A stretch of 64,000 nucleotides of DNA from Eledone cirrhosa (lineage: Eukaryota). Location of the stretch: positions 10,168,001-10,232,000 of the forward strand of contig OZ024750.1 in NCBI GenBank assembly GCA_964016885.1, read 5' to 3'. Within the stretch, counting starts at the first letter, position 1; the number at the start of each line of letters is the position of its first letter. The notes below the pieces were generated by a model that saw nothing but the letters and a program-made list of their open reading frames with translations, had not been told where the DNA came from and searched no databases. Shown here one piece after another: positions 15,302 through 64,000 of the stretch. The position numbers and the translations under genes are program-made.

Positions 15302-15458
15302 CCTGGTGTTGTGAGAGGGTTGGATTGACCTGGCGTTGTGAGAGGGTTGGATTGACCTGGCGTTGTGAGAGGGTTGGATTGACCTAGCGTTGTGAGAGGG
15401 TTAGATTGACCTGGTGTTGTGAGAGGGTTGGATTGACCTGGTGTGGTGAGAGGGTTGG
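15302..15458. repeat. 27-bp minisatellite, ~6 copies
   Basis: Unit CCTGGCGTTGTGAGAGGGTTGGATTGA, period 27. Confidence 0.95.
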
Positions 15459-16414
15459 TATGACTTTATTTTAAGATTGTAACATTTTTGTGTGGTGGAA
15501 TAACTGTTGTATTGTATTTTTTATTTTGTTTAATTTGATAACCAAAATGAATCTAAAAATATTTAAGATTTTTCTTTTTAAGACAGCTTTTATTACAGCT
15601 CACACATATATAAGTTAAGCAGGCCTATGAGGTTGCATTTCATGGCACTTTTGGTTGTTTTAATGTTTGGGGCCACAGCCCTATCAGGTTACTACTTTTC
15701 CAGTGACATGAGGTAAAATTAAATTTCAGTAAACACAGAGCTGGAACAGATATCACAAGATATCCTCTCCTAATAATTCTGCCAACTAACCACCTTAGAT
15801 CGATACTTTGACTTCAAGAGGAAGAAAGGCAGAGTTGACCATGGCATCATTTGAACTCGGTGAACAGTGAGAATAGAACAAATATCATGAAGCATTCATT
15901 CCAATAGTCTCATGATCTCCTAGTTCACTGCCTTTAACCATTTAGCATTCACATTACTCTATATATACTATTATATTTCCATGGTAAAGGCTTTACCTCG
16001 CATAATTATCTCACATAATATCGAATCTATGAGATTTTGAAAGTATTTATTTTGAGAACAATACCTTAACATCAGTATGAGTGGCCAGTTACAGCCAGTT
16101 TTAACAGAAAGAGGTAGAGAATTCTGGCCGGTTTTGGCTGGTTTGAACATTAAAGGGTTAAGATACATTTATTTTTATTCATATACTATCATGAGGTGCT
16201 CTTATTTTCAAGCCATATGTCCTATTGTTGCCTACTTAATACAATAAGTACCAGCATTAATATTATGTTGCTCGCTATATTTGTCTTGTATATAATACAT
16301 ACTTGCTTTTGGAGTATATATATCTGACAAGTATCTCTTTAATCTTCTGTACTTGGCACAAATGCTAGATCAAAATAATATATTCTCATTTTCATTATAG
16401 TGCACATTTTCACT

Positions 16415-16494
<80 letters not shown>

Positions 16495-16522
16495 ATGTTT
16501 TGAAACAGTGAGCAGGTTTGAA

Positions 16523-16739
16523 ATTAGAAAATATATAGCTTTCACCGTATTTTTTGACTAAAGGAATTTTAGCCTGATAATGGGGTTTAGAACCCTCAGA
16601 TAAATGGAAAAAGATGAGTATTGACGTACATGTACATCAATACTCATCTTTTCCCATTTATCTGAGGGTTCTAGACCCCATTATCAGGCCAAAATTCCTT
16701 TAGTAAAAAAAATACGGTGAAAGCTATATATTTTCTAAT
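16523..16739. repeat. 217-bp near-perfect spacerless palindrome (fold-back/MITE-like)
   Basis: ATTAGAAAATATATAGCTTTCACCG...CGGTGAAAGCTATATATTTTCTAAT, centred on GTACA|TGTAC at 16630/16631, about five mismatches and one indel. Confidence 0.93.
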
Positions 16740-18283
16740 ATATATATGTGAGAGAGAATAATTTCCATTATGGCATTTAAGGTCATATTTAGGTTAGAGT
16801 AAATAATGTTGTTTAGAAAGTTTTATTTATTTATTTATGCAGAACAATTAGCTATTATATCGAGTTGAATAGAAGCTATTGGTATAGTTATATGGGTTAC
16901 TAGTAAGTATTAATTATTTTAATAATTATATGAATACAGAGTGCGGTATATGATTTTGTCTGTGTAATTTAGAGAGAAGGGGAGCAGGGTTGAGAGTGTC
17001 TATGTGCACTTAAAGGTTTTAAAAGGTTCACAAGAGTGCTTGCATTGTTTGTTTGAATTTTATGGTGAAGTAACGTTGCTGAACATATTCATCTTAATGG
17101 CATTGTTGTTTCTTTCTGAACCTTCGTCTATCTGGTACTATCTCCCTCTGCCTGCCTGTCCTCTCTCCCTCTATATGGTACTATCTCCCTTTGTCTGTCC
17201 TATTTGTACTATCTATATGGACTAACTGTTGTTTTCCTAACTGTAATAACCAAGACAATAAACTCATCCAAAGACATTAATATTATGATGGATCTTCTGT
17301 CAGTTATATCTATGTACTATTCAGTTATTGGATCAACTGAATATCTGACTTGTTAAATTGATGTGCAAGTGACTTTTTCACAGACATATGTCCTTAATAT
17401 CCCAAGTTGAAACACCATGACCCAATTTGTGGCAAGGTTAGACCTTTGAATTACAGGTGCAGTTTTTATCTATGAAATTTCATTCAGAAGCTTGGGTTAA
17501 CCTGTTGTCATGGTAAAACACTTGTCTAAGATACCAAGCCATGAGTTGAGCACTGGATGTCATGACTGCAAACTGAACTTTTTAACTAGTGAGCTATGCC
17601 TGTTATTAACAAGCAGCATATCATGTTTGTTTGTTCATATCACACAAGTTTCTTTTTTGAATTACTCAGTGAACTATTAAATCTGGCAACTGCTTTTGAT
17701 CATGGGACAGAAGAAATGTGTTGTTTCTTATTGGTCTTCTGTCAGGTGAACATAAAATATAGTGTCACCCGATTTGATATCTATTACTTTTAACTGAAGG
17801 ACTTACTGTTGACTATTCTGCCTAGAATCGTAATGAGATAATTGTAGTAGAGTTGAACACCGTAGTCTATGGGATGGGTCTGCAGTAGTTCAGTTTTTTG
17901 CTCATGAACTATTTTATCTCATGGAATAAATTAGTAATGTCATTGCATAATTGACTAATTTACTGTAAATGTTTTCTTTCTATGTTAATGGTTATTTTTT
18001 GTTGATGTTCTCATCAGTGCCCCCCCCCCCCCCCCCAACTCATTACTTGGTAATTCACCTGACAGAAGGAGTATGTTTACCAAATATAGCACTCTTCATC
18101 TATGATCCAAAAATCTAAGAAAAAGAGATTAATATATTTTGAAGAAAATGTAGCAACTAAATAAAAAAGGAATTTTGTTTTTGGAGCTTACAAATAGTTA
18201 TTCATCACTCATCCATCTCTCTCTCTCTCTCATGTAGCTGCCATCATTCTCTTTCATTACTCTCCCTTCTGCCACTCTTTCTC

Positions 18284-18949
18284 TCTTTGTCTAGTAATTG
18301 GTCTCTTTCTTCTGTTCTCCTCTTTGGTCATGTTACCTTAAATGACCTCTCGAGTGCTGGTGCAATGATAAAATACAATTTGTAATTAATCATAGTTAAG
18401 AAAGGCATCCAGTTGTAGAAACCATGCCAAAACTGGAATGTACAAGACATGGTCCCTAGGAGAACAGTAACTTCAAATAAGAACTGAGTTGGAACATGAC
18501 AACTCTTCCAACCCATGCTAGCATGGAAAGTGAATGTAAAATGATGATAATGATATTAACATTACGGCTGTGTAGAAATAATAAATTTTGTGGGCCCCTG
18601 AAGGATAAAAGGTAAAATCAATCTCACCAGAATTAGCATAAATGCCATTCACTTTCATAATAAATGTTAGACTTTAGGAATGATCTCATAAGCTACTTAG
18701 AATGTTGCAGAACAAGATTTGTGGAACTCATGAGGAGTTAATACGAACGGACCCTTTCATGGCCTTGTTTCTTATAAAATACATTGTATTCTAATTAATG
18801 AAGAATTTTGAGGAATTTACTAAAATTTCTTTGTCTAATAATTGGTCTCTTTCTTCTGTTCTCCTCTTTGGTCATGTTACCTTAAATGACCTCTTGAGTG
18901 CTGGTGCAATGATAAAATACAATTTGTAATTAATCATAGTTAAGAAAGG
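18284..18949. repeat. 122-bp direct repeat pair (18284-18405 and 18828-18949)
   Basis: TCTTTGTCTA.TAATTGGTCTC...CATAGTTAAGAAAGG present twice at offset 544, two mismatches. Confidence 0.92.
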
Positions 18950-21900
18950 TATTTAACTTAATTATTGGTTCTTGCGTTGGAAGGTTTTAATCTAAATAGG
19001 AACCCTTTAAAGTGAGTGGTTTTGTTTGATAGAACCAGAGTCAGTTTTGGGTAGGTAGATATTAAAAAAAAAGTAAAATTGTGTGAGAAGAGAGATATGA
19101 AGCAGCTGTATTAACATTTTTACATCTGCTGATATTATTTGGATAAGAACTGCTGAGTCACAGGACATTATTTATGTAGGACGTAAACAATGTCACCATC
19201 TGTGTAAGTGGTGTTATATACATACACACAAACGTACAATGATCAATTCCTATGAGAAGGCATTGGTCAGCTTGAAGTTCTAGTAGATGGAACTTTTCCA
19301 AACATATAGGGTACATAAGGCAATCGTCTTCTACTATAGCCTTTGTCTCATACCTGTAAAATAGCTCTTAAAATATTCTTATTGTATTTTCTTCTCTTCC
19401 AGTGGTCTACTTCAACATCTTGTGAGAAAAAAAAATAAAATAAAAGGAACGGAGAGCAAGGTCAGTATTAATCACACTTACTTGTATTAAATTCTCGGTC
19501 TTAATATAAGTGCTGTGAAGTAACATAGTAACAACAATTTTAAGGCTATTTTCTCTACTAAAGCAGAGCTGAGCTTTGCATGCCCCATTGACAGCTTTCA
19601 TGCTCATCATGAGCATCTTATTGGGGCATTGTTTTATGGCTGGATGCCCTTGTTGGCAACACCAACTTCTTTTTAGACACCTTTTACAACATGCCAGGCT
19701 ATGGTGTACCTATTCTAAACTGGATTCACACAGTATTGTGAAGTAAACATAGCAAGTAATATTTGATTTGAAAAAAAAAAAGCTATTGAAACAGGCAGGT
19801 GCTGGATAAGAGGAGGAAGCAGTCAGTATTCTGTTAAAAAAAAAAAAAATCCAAACCAGTTTTATGAGTAATTTCACTGTTGGGTCAATGGTTCACATGA
19901 AATGGTCATATGACGTCTGTTCTTAATAAATTATTTATTTCTGCAGTATAGAGTTCAATAATACTGATTGGTTTTTGTTGATTTTTCATTTACGTTTTAT
20001 TTTTAACTTGACTGAAATACTGAAAAAATATATATATACCTCTCTTTCATTCACTCTAAAAAAATATATCCATTCATTCATACTTTATCAAATAGAATTC
20101 CTCAAGAGATTAACATTTAATAAAATTGAATTCTTATTGTGTCTTTTCTATTTTCTGTCGTTCACTATTACTGACTTTTAATCACAGAATTTGCATCATC
20201 ATTGCCATTATCACCAAAACCACCATCATCCTCACCAATTTTAACACATCAAACCTTACCATTTTTACCTTCACTATCACCTTAATACCTAAAATACTAA
20301 ATCTATTGTATTTAACTGAGGTTTTAGAGCTGTTGTTTTGGTCTCAGTAATTTTATTGTAATTGCAAATTGTTGCACATGTTTTGACGGGACCAGCAATT
20401 TGTGCGCAGTTCACTTATATAATCCTGATGCTGTTACTGCATCTCTGCTGCAATTCTATTGATTTCATGTTGGTTGCTTTGTCTGAATCATAGCATCCAC
20501 ATATGCACACCCCCCCCCCCCCCCCCACACACACACATATACACACACATATATCAATAAATGACAGTTACTTGCAATACAAGTTTCACTTAGTATATAT
20601 ATATATGTGTGTGTGTATAAAGATATATATATGTGTGTGTGTGTGTATATATATATATACACACGAGTGTGTGTCTATTTATGTAAAAAGTCATTAGCTA
20701 GATAATTTTACCTAAGTGTTCCTGACTGTCGTCATTGCAACTGCTCTGCTAGAAATCCAGGCTTTTTAAGAGAATATATTTCTGTTTTCTCCATGTAATA
20801 TCGTCATTGAGAGGTTTGCTTGCAATCGCAACAGTAGTTGCAGCAGAAGTAGCCATTTATGAGATCTGCTTGTCGCTATGCAACTGATGACGTTGCTGGT
20901 GGCTGCTGCCTCTGTATTGATCAGTTATTAGTAGATTCGGTGTGATGAGCTGCATAGTTTGGCAGCAAGCTGCTGACACTTTTCCTTATAGATATATTTT
21001 CTTTACAATCAGCTGCCCATGTTTAAATGTCCTTTCCTTAATCAGTACCCTGATGTATTCGCCCTGTTAATAATTAGCCTCATTTTGGCCTATCTCATCT
21101 ATTACGGTTTATATTGTTTATTCCTTTACTTATTAACTGTCAAGAAAGAAGGTAGGTTTGTTTTTTTAATACATTTATGTATATACCTGTCTACTTGTGG
21201 ATTCCAGTGCTAATTGCATCTGCATAATAGTTTTCAGTGAGTGGTGTTAACAATTTTGCAGTTGCACTATATAAACACACACAACACACACATATATACA
21301 TGCATAGAACAGAAATATATAGATGCATCTAAATTAAACTGTTAATTTTATTTTATTTCCAGTCAAAATAGTCTCTTCCATTGCAGTCATTTCCCAGTTA
21401 CAGTGGGAATGTGGAAACTTTGTTTTCTACAATCACACTTGTTTTAGCTAAACTATGGATATTTTGGGGTTGTTATTCTTGTTCCATCCAGACCGTAGCT
21501 ATTATTATCATTATTATCATTATGGACTTTCAAGGTGACTTTTTCTACAGACAAACCTATTCCAGGAAGTGATGGAATTCAAGTTGTTTGTGATATGTTG
21601 ATGTAATCTCAACCTCATAACAATTAGATGTATATTTTAACTTCATTAACAATAGGTTAATTAATTATAAACTTATTACATTCATTCTATTTAATATTAA
21701 AAAAACTTTACTTATTAACAATAGACTTATATGTTCATTCTGTTAACTTAACAACTTGTTTTTTCTTTCTAATGTAATTTTCTTTCTCCTTTGATGGAAG
21801 TTAACAATTATAAATTACCTTTCCATTTTATCATTACAGTGGAATCTCTTTTAATATCTTACTACTTAGAAGTTGCTAAATAAAATTAATTTTTCATTAT

Positions 21901-22257
21901 GTGATGGCTTTTTAAAAATGTTTGTGTTAGTGATCGGAAGATTTCTTAGTGGATTCAACAACTACTAAGATACTATGTACTTGTTGTAGTTCTTTATTTC
22001 TAACTCTTATTCGGTCGATAAAATCCAGTAATGAAAGCAGTCATTGAAATATTTTTAATCTTGTCTTTGTATTCTTGTTTGTTTTTTTTTGTACATCTTT
22101 ACATTTACCACATACATATATATATTTATACATACATATGTATATTTAATACTATATTTGTAATGATTGTGTCTGAGCATTTCCAATATAAATGTATGCA
22201 TATATGTGTATATATATGCACGCTTATATATATATATATATATAATGTATATGTATA

Positions 22258-22803
22258 ATCATCGTCATCAATATTTAATGTCCATTTTCCATGTTAACAT
22301 GGGTTAGATGAGTTGTCCTGTTATGAGACAAGTGAAATCAGGTGACCATATCTTACTCATACAGAACTGTTTCTGGCTTGGTTTCTGCAGCTGGATGCCC
22401 TTCCTAATGCCAACCATATTTTCCGGGTAAACTGGGTGCTTTTTAGTGTAGCACCGAAATGACCACTTTACAGTGTAGGCTCAGCACTTTTTGTTGTGAC
22501 CTACGTGATCACTTTACAATTTGGACTGGGCGCTTTTTGTTGTCACCAACATGACCACTTGACTGTGTGGGTTGGGCCCTTTTTGTATATATATATATAT
22601 ATGTATGTAGTATATTATATGTACATATGTGTGTGTATATATTTAGATATATACCATCACCATTTAACGTATATTTTTTCTGTGCTAGCATTAGTTAGAT
22701 GAATTCTCCTGTTGTGAGACAAGTCAGATCAGATGACCATGTCTTGCTCACACAGAACTGTTTCTAGCTTGGTCTCTACAGCTGGATGTCCTTCCTAATG
22801 CCA
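22258..22803 (-). mobile_element. Two tandem SINE 3' fragments
   Basis: Both have the (CAT)n tail, ...GAGACAAGT...GACCAT..CTT.CTCA.ACAGAACTGTTTCT...CAGCTGGATG.CCTTCCTAATGCCA; same family as 44099-44360 and 61503-61677. Confidence 0.75.
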
Positions 22804-22821
22804 TTTTTCTGTTCATGTAAT

Positions 22822-22880
22822 GGCTGTCTGATGAGGTCGTAACTGTTATGTACGTCAACTTTGAAATACATATAACTGTG
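22822..22880 (+). ncRNA. Degenerate minimal type I hammerhead-like motif (Penelope-like element remnant, ~22804-23030)
   Basis: ggctgt-CTGATGA(22828-22834)-stem II-GAAA(22863-22866)-tacataTA-actgtg. Core boxes are in the right order, stem III is 2 bp, stems I and II are imperfect. Confidence 0.4.
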
Positions 22881-25800
22881 ATTATATGATCAATCATTTT
22901 ATTCTACTGACTTCTACTTCATTGTTATACCAATACTCCGGAGTACACAGACCTACATGTATGCTTTGTTGAGTTCTCTAGTCTGCATATACTAATGTCG
23001 GCTGATTAACTAACCACAAATATACCAAGTATGTGTGTATATATATATGTGTGTATATACACACACACACATATATACCTAGAGATGATGCTATTTATGT
23101 CCTCACTCTGCAGCTCACAGTCAATAATAAACTATGACTTCATGATATTCATATTCATAATGATGCAACATAAAATTACTTTCTCCTTTCTTATGGATGT
23201 ATCTTGATTTAATAAGTTAATTTATTCAAAAACACTGTTTATAACTTTAAATGGAAATTTTCTTTGACAAAATACTTTCTTTAAGCTCATTATTTATAAT
23301 CTTCTTCAATTGTCCCCTGAATTCATCCTTTTAGGGACGGGGGTCGATAAAATAAAGTTAGTGCAATGTGATGAATTGTTGGATATCTTGCTGGATTTTT
23401 TTTGTGCTTCTTTGTGTTTCAGTTCAAATCCTACTGTAGCCTGTTTGGGTGTTACAGTTTTTCCATCACCCAATTTAATACTACCACCTATCTGTTGGAT
23501 GTCTTTAACAGAGTCCACTCTGTTGTGGTGTTACAGTTTAACACCACCACCTATCTTTTGGATGTCTTCAACAGAGTCCACTCTGTTGCAAGTTTTGAAC
23601 CAGATCTCTGTATTGAGGATTCTTTCTCTACACCCTCCTGTCAGAATCGAAGACGCTAAAAAAGGCCATGGGCACTTCTCTTCCTGATGAGATAGAAAAA
23701 AAAAATAGTTTGACTATTTTGACCAAGCTTCTATCTCCCACAACTCTTCTGTAATTAAGACTTGTTTAAAATTTGTTGTATTTTACATGAGAAAAAGTAC
23801 ATTATTTAACTCACCATCTTGTTTCTTGTAATGAATGGGTTGGTTGAATTCCATAAATTAGAAAGTGAACTAGATTAGTTTAAATTAACTTTTAACTACT
23901 ATCTGAATTAACTGTCAACATAGTGTAGTGTCCCCAAAGATAGTCAAGTTGTTAACTAACTAAAATCTTTGAAGAATACCTGAAACTTTGTAAGCTATCA
24001 TCACCAACTATAGTGAAGAAAAGTGTGTGTGACTTTATTATGCAAAGTTGGTTACAGATGACAACAGTGTAAGATATTTTTTTTTTTTCCTGTTAGAAAA
24101 GGGCAATTCCCAAAACTCTTCTAAGTGCCTCCAAGATTGGTTAAGAAAGAGGAAGATAGATAATTTTTCTAGCCAAATTATCTTTAAACCGGAGACCTGG
24201 CAGAAATGCTTGCCTTAGATACTACACAGTGGGATTCCAGGTCTAATCCCACTGTGTAGCATCTTGGGCGTGATTCCAGGTCTGACCCTACTGTGTATCA
24301 TCTTGGGCAAGTGCCATTTACTATTGCTTCAGATTGACTCACACTTAAATGTGAAGTTGGCTAGATATAAACTGGAAGCTGGTTGGATGGATTGTACTTG
24401 TAATTCAAAAGGACAGCTTTGTCGCATACTGTAACACTGATTGTGCCTGAGGAATAGTCTACTTCTTATATGTTAAAGTGTAGTGGAGTTTAGTTGATTA
24501 AATAATTGAATATTCATCAAAGCCAACAGAGAATCTATCATGTTTGACTGAACAAAACTGGAAGCCTGTTGAGTCATTTGTATTCTTTAATGGCTTGTAT
24601 AGTTAGCATTAGAAAACAGTGTATTATGTTTGCTTTGCTAAGAGTAGTGGATTCAAGATGGTGGTGGGGTTGTTAATGTTAGTGTATTAATGATTGAATG
24701 GTTAAATATAGTAATGACTACCATTAATGAATGTTTAATTTGACAGTTGTGACTGGTAGATAGAATCAGTAATGGGAAGACCAATAGAAACATTGTTTTC
24801 TTGGTCCGATTTCACGTATTCTACTCCCACTCTGTAAGGAAATGAGGTCTGGGATCTTGTCGGTTGATTAAAAAAAAAATTATTTGGCTTAATTGGTAAG
24901 ATATGCAATGAGGAATTAGTTGACTTAAGGTGTTTTATGATTGATTGGTATTTAGTTTATAGTTTCTGGTGTTGTTTTATGAGTAAGTTTATCGTAGGAG
25001 CAAATATATAGCTATAAAGTTGATTTACTTTGACAAATAGAATAGATTATATTTCAGATGAAGACTGTATGAAGCCTATCATATATATGTTTTTTGCTTC
25101 ACATTTGACATTGTTAGTACAACCACTGATGTTGGTTTATATCCTGCATAAACAGAAGATGCCTAACTTATGTAAAAAACAAAAACATGATGGTATCAAG
25201 AAGAGCATCCAAATGTAGAATACAGCCTAAATAGTCTCACCCAACCTAAGCCATCATAGAACAATGACTATAAAGATGATGATGATGGTGATGATGATTT
25301 ATTTGGATAGTTTACAAAGATGAGATGTTGAAATGATTTCTCTAAAGAATCCTTTGTATAGCTGACAATATTGTTATTTCAACTACTTCTTCACTCTCAT
25401 TTATTATGGCATCTGACTGATTAATTCTTGATATTTTCAGCTTTAAATCTTGGCTAACTTTACAGGTTTCTTCTTTATACAGTATATATAGCATGTGTGA
25501 AGTTAGTTTGAAATAGAGCAAGTTTAATTAGTAATGAAAGAAGCCTTCAAGGGGAGAAGTTGATAGTCATCTGATTAGTTCAACTAAAAAATTCTTAGAG
25601 CTCACAAGACAACAGATAATAAAGTTTGATATTTAATTGATTTTTTTTTTGTTTTGTTTTACCTTTCTTTTAATTAACTTTTTATAATTGTTTTTTTTTT
25701 TTGGTTTTCTCCTCGATATTTTCTCTAATTTTCTACCTGCTTTAACATCTTATTGAGTAGGTCATCATCATCTTATCATTGTCTTAATCATTCTCCTTCT

Positions 25801-26400
25801 CATCGTCACCACCATCATCTTCATTCTCATTGCCATCACCCTTCTCCTCATTGTCATCATCATGTTTATGTCTTCTTTTCCATGATGACATAAGTTGGGT
25901 AGGATTTTTTTTTTTTGCAGCAGTATTTTATGACTGTTCTTCGCGATGCCAATCTTTTTAGTCACCTCTTACAACATGTAGTGTGATATGGTGCATCTAT
26001 TACACATCGTAAGATTTAAAAGAAAAATTGTTGAAACAAAGTTTTTTTCAGCTAGATCTCTTAAAGATTTTTATAATCATTTAAAATGATTTCAACTGTA
26101 TTAGGGTAATGTATTACCTTTTGAAGCCAACTGTAATAGCATTGACTAGGTTTGAAATTGTGAAGTGTAATGTTAAATTCTTGGAAAATATCTTGAGGAA
26201 TACCCTGTAACAATGTCTTTGAAGGTATTAAGAACATTTATTGAATGAGGAAAATACTGAAAATTGTCAATTTAAATTTAAATAATTTCAATGTCATTTT
26301 ATAATCTAAGTAATCTAGTAATCTAATCATTACAAAAGATATGAAATGATGTAAGCTGTACTGGCATGAGCAAATATCTCACCAGTGCTGGAAGTAATAA

Positions 26401-26492
26401 TTGTTTCTACTTTAGGCGCAAGGCCAGTAATTACGCAGTACATTACTGGTACTTTATTTTATCGACCCCCGTAAGGATGAAAGGCAAAGTCA
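26401..26492 (-). mobile_element. 5'-truncated tRNA-derived SINE with 20-bp target-site duplication
   Basis: ACCAGTGCTGGAAGTAATAA at 26381-26400 and 26493-26512; the insert is the reverse complement of the 3' half of the SINE at 35306-35498. Confidence 0.88.
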
Positions 26493-26592
26493 ACCAGTGC
26501 TGGAAGTAATAATACTGTTGAATTGATTCCTTTGTTGTTGTTAGGTAATATGGCAAGCTATAACTGTTTATTATTGTTTTCAGTGAATCAAG

Positions 26593-63877
<37,285 letters not shown>

Positions 63878-64000
63878 GTAATCAATATAGTTTTTAATGG
63901 ATCAATAGTAAAACTTTGATTGGCTCTTTGTTTTGTTTGTTAGAGATAAATGTATATATACTGGTAATTAGTTGACAGATTAGAGATACTTTCTTATAGT

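Noticed and set aside
9290-26580. Short ORFs (60-125 aa) upstream of spectrin as separate genes
   Set aside because: No recognisable domains or exon chains; they are explained by repeat fragments or chance in AT-rich DNA.

Overview
AT-rich, intron-rich eukaryotic genomic DNA. The SINE/LINE families and huge (TA)n arrays suggest an octopod cephalopod (inferred from remembered repeat motifs, not from a search). The only protein-coding gene I can support is a + strand alpha-spectrin (SPTAN1/alpha-Spec orthologue). I traced 44 GT-AG coding exons from 26593 to 63877 that join in frame to 5553 nt (1851 aa), covering the N-terminal partial repeat, repeats a1-a9, the SH3 domain and repeats a11 to the start of a18. 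The gene continues beyond the window. The first ~26.5 kb is non-coding: an ~8.4 kb compound TA microsatellite (source of all the long Y/I/M/C/V/H/T ORFs, which are artefacts), decayed CR1-like and RTE LINE fragments, tRNA-derived SINEs, minisatellites, a 217-bp palindrome and a Penelope-type hammerhead-like motif. The most interesting signal is in long introns 32 and 36. Each holds an in-frame candidate cassette exon (66 nt and 36/27 nt) behind a near-identical YCAY-rich acceptor, CCATCTCACCAT(CT)TGCAG. The intron 36 candidate sits at the junction where vertebrate alphaII-spectrin has its 5-aa microexon. These alternative exons are predictions and need transcript evidence. No prokaryotic features, CRISPR arrays, rRNA genes or intact tRNA genes were seen.
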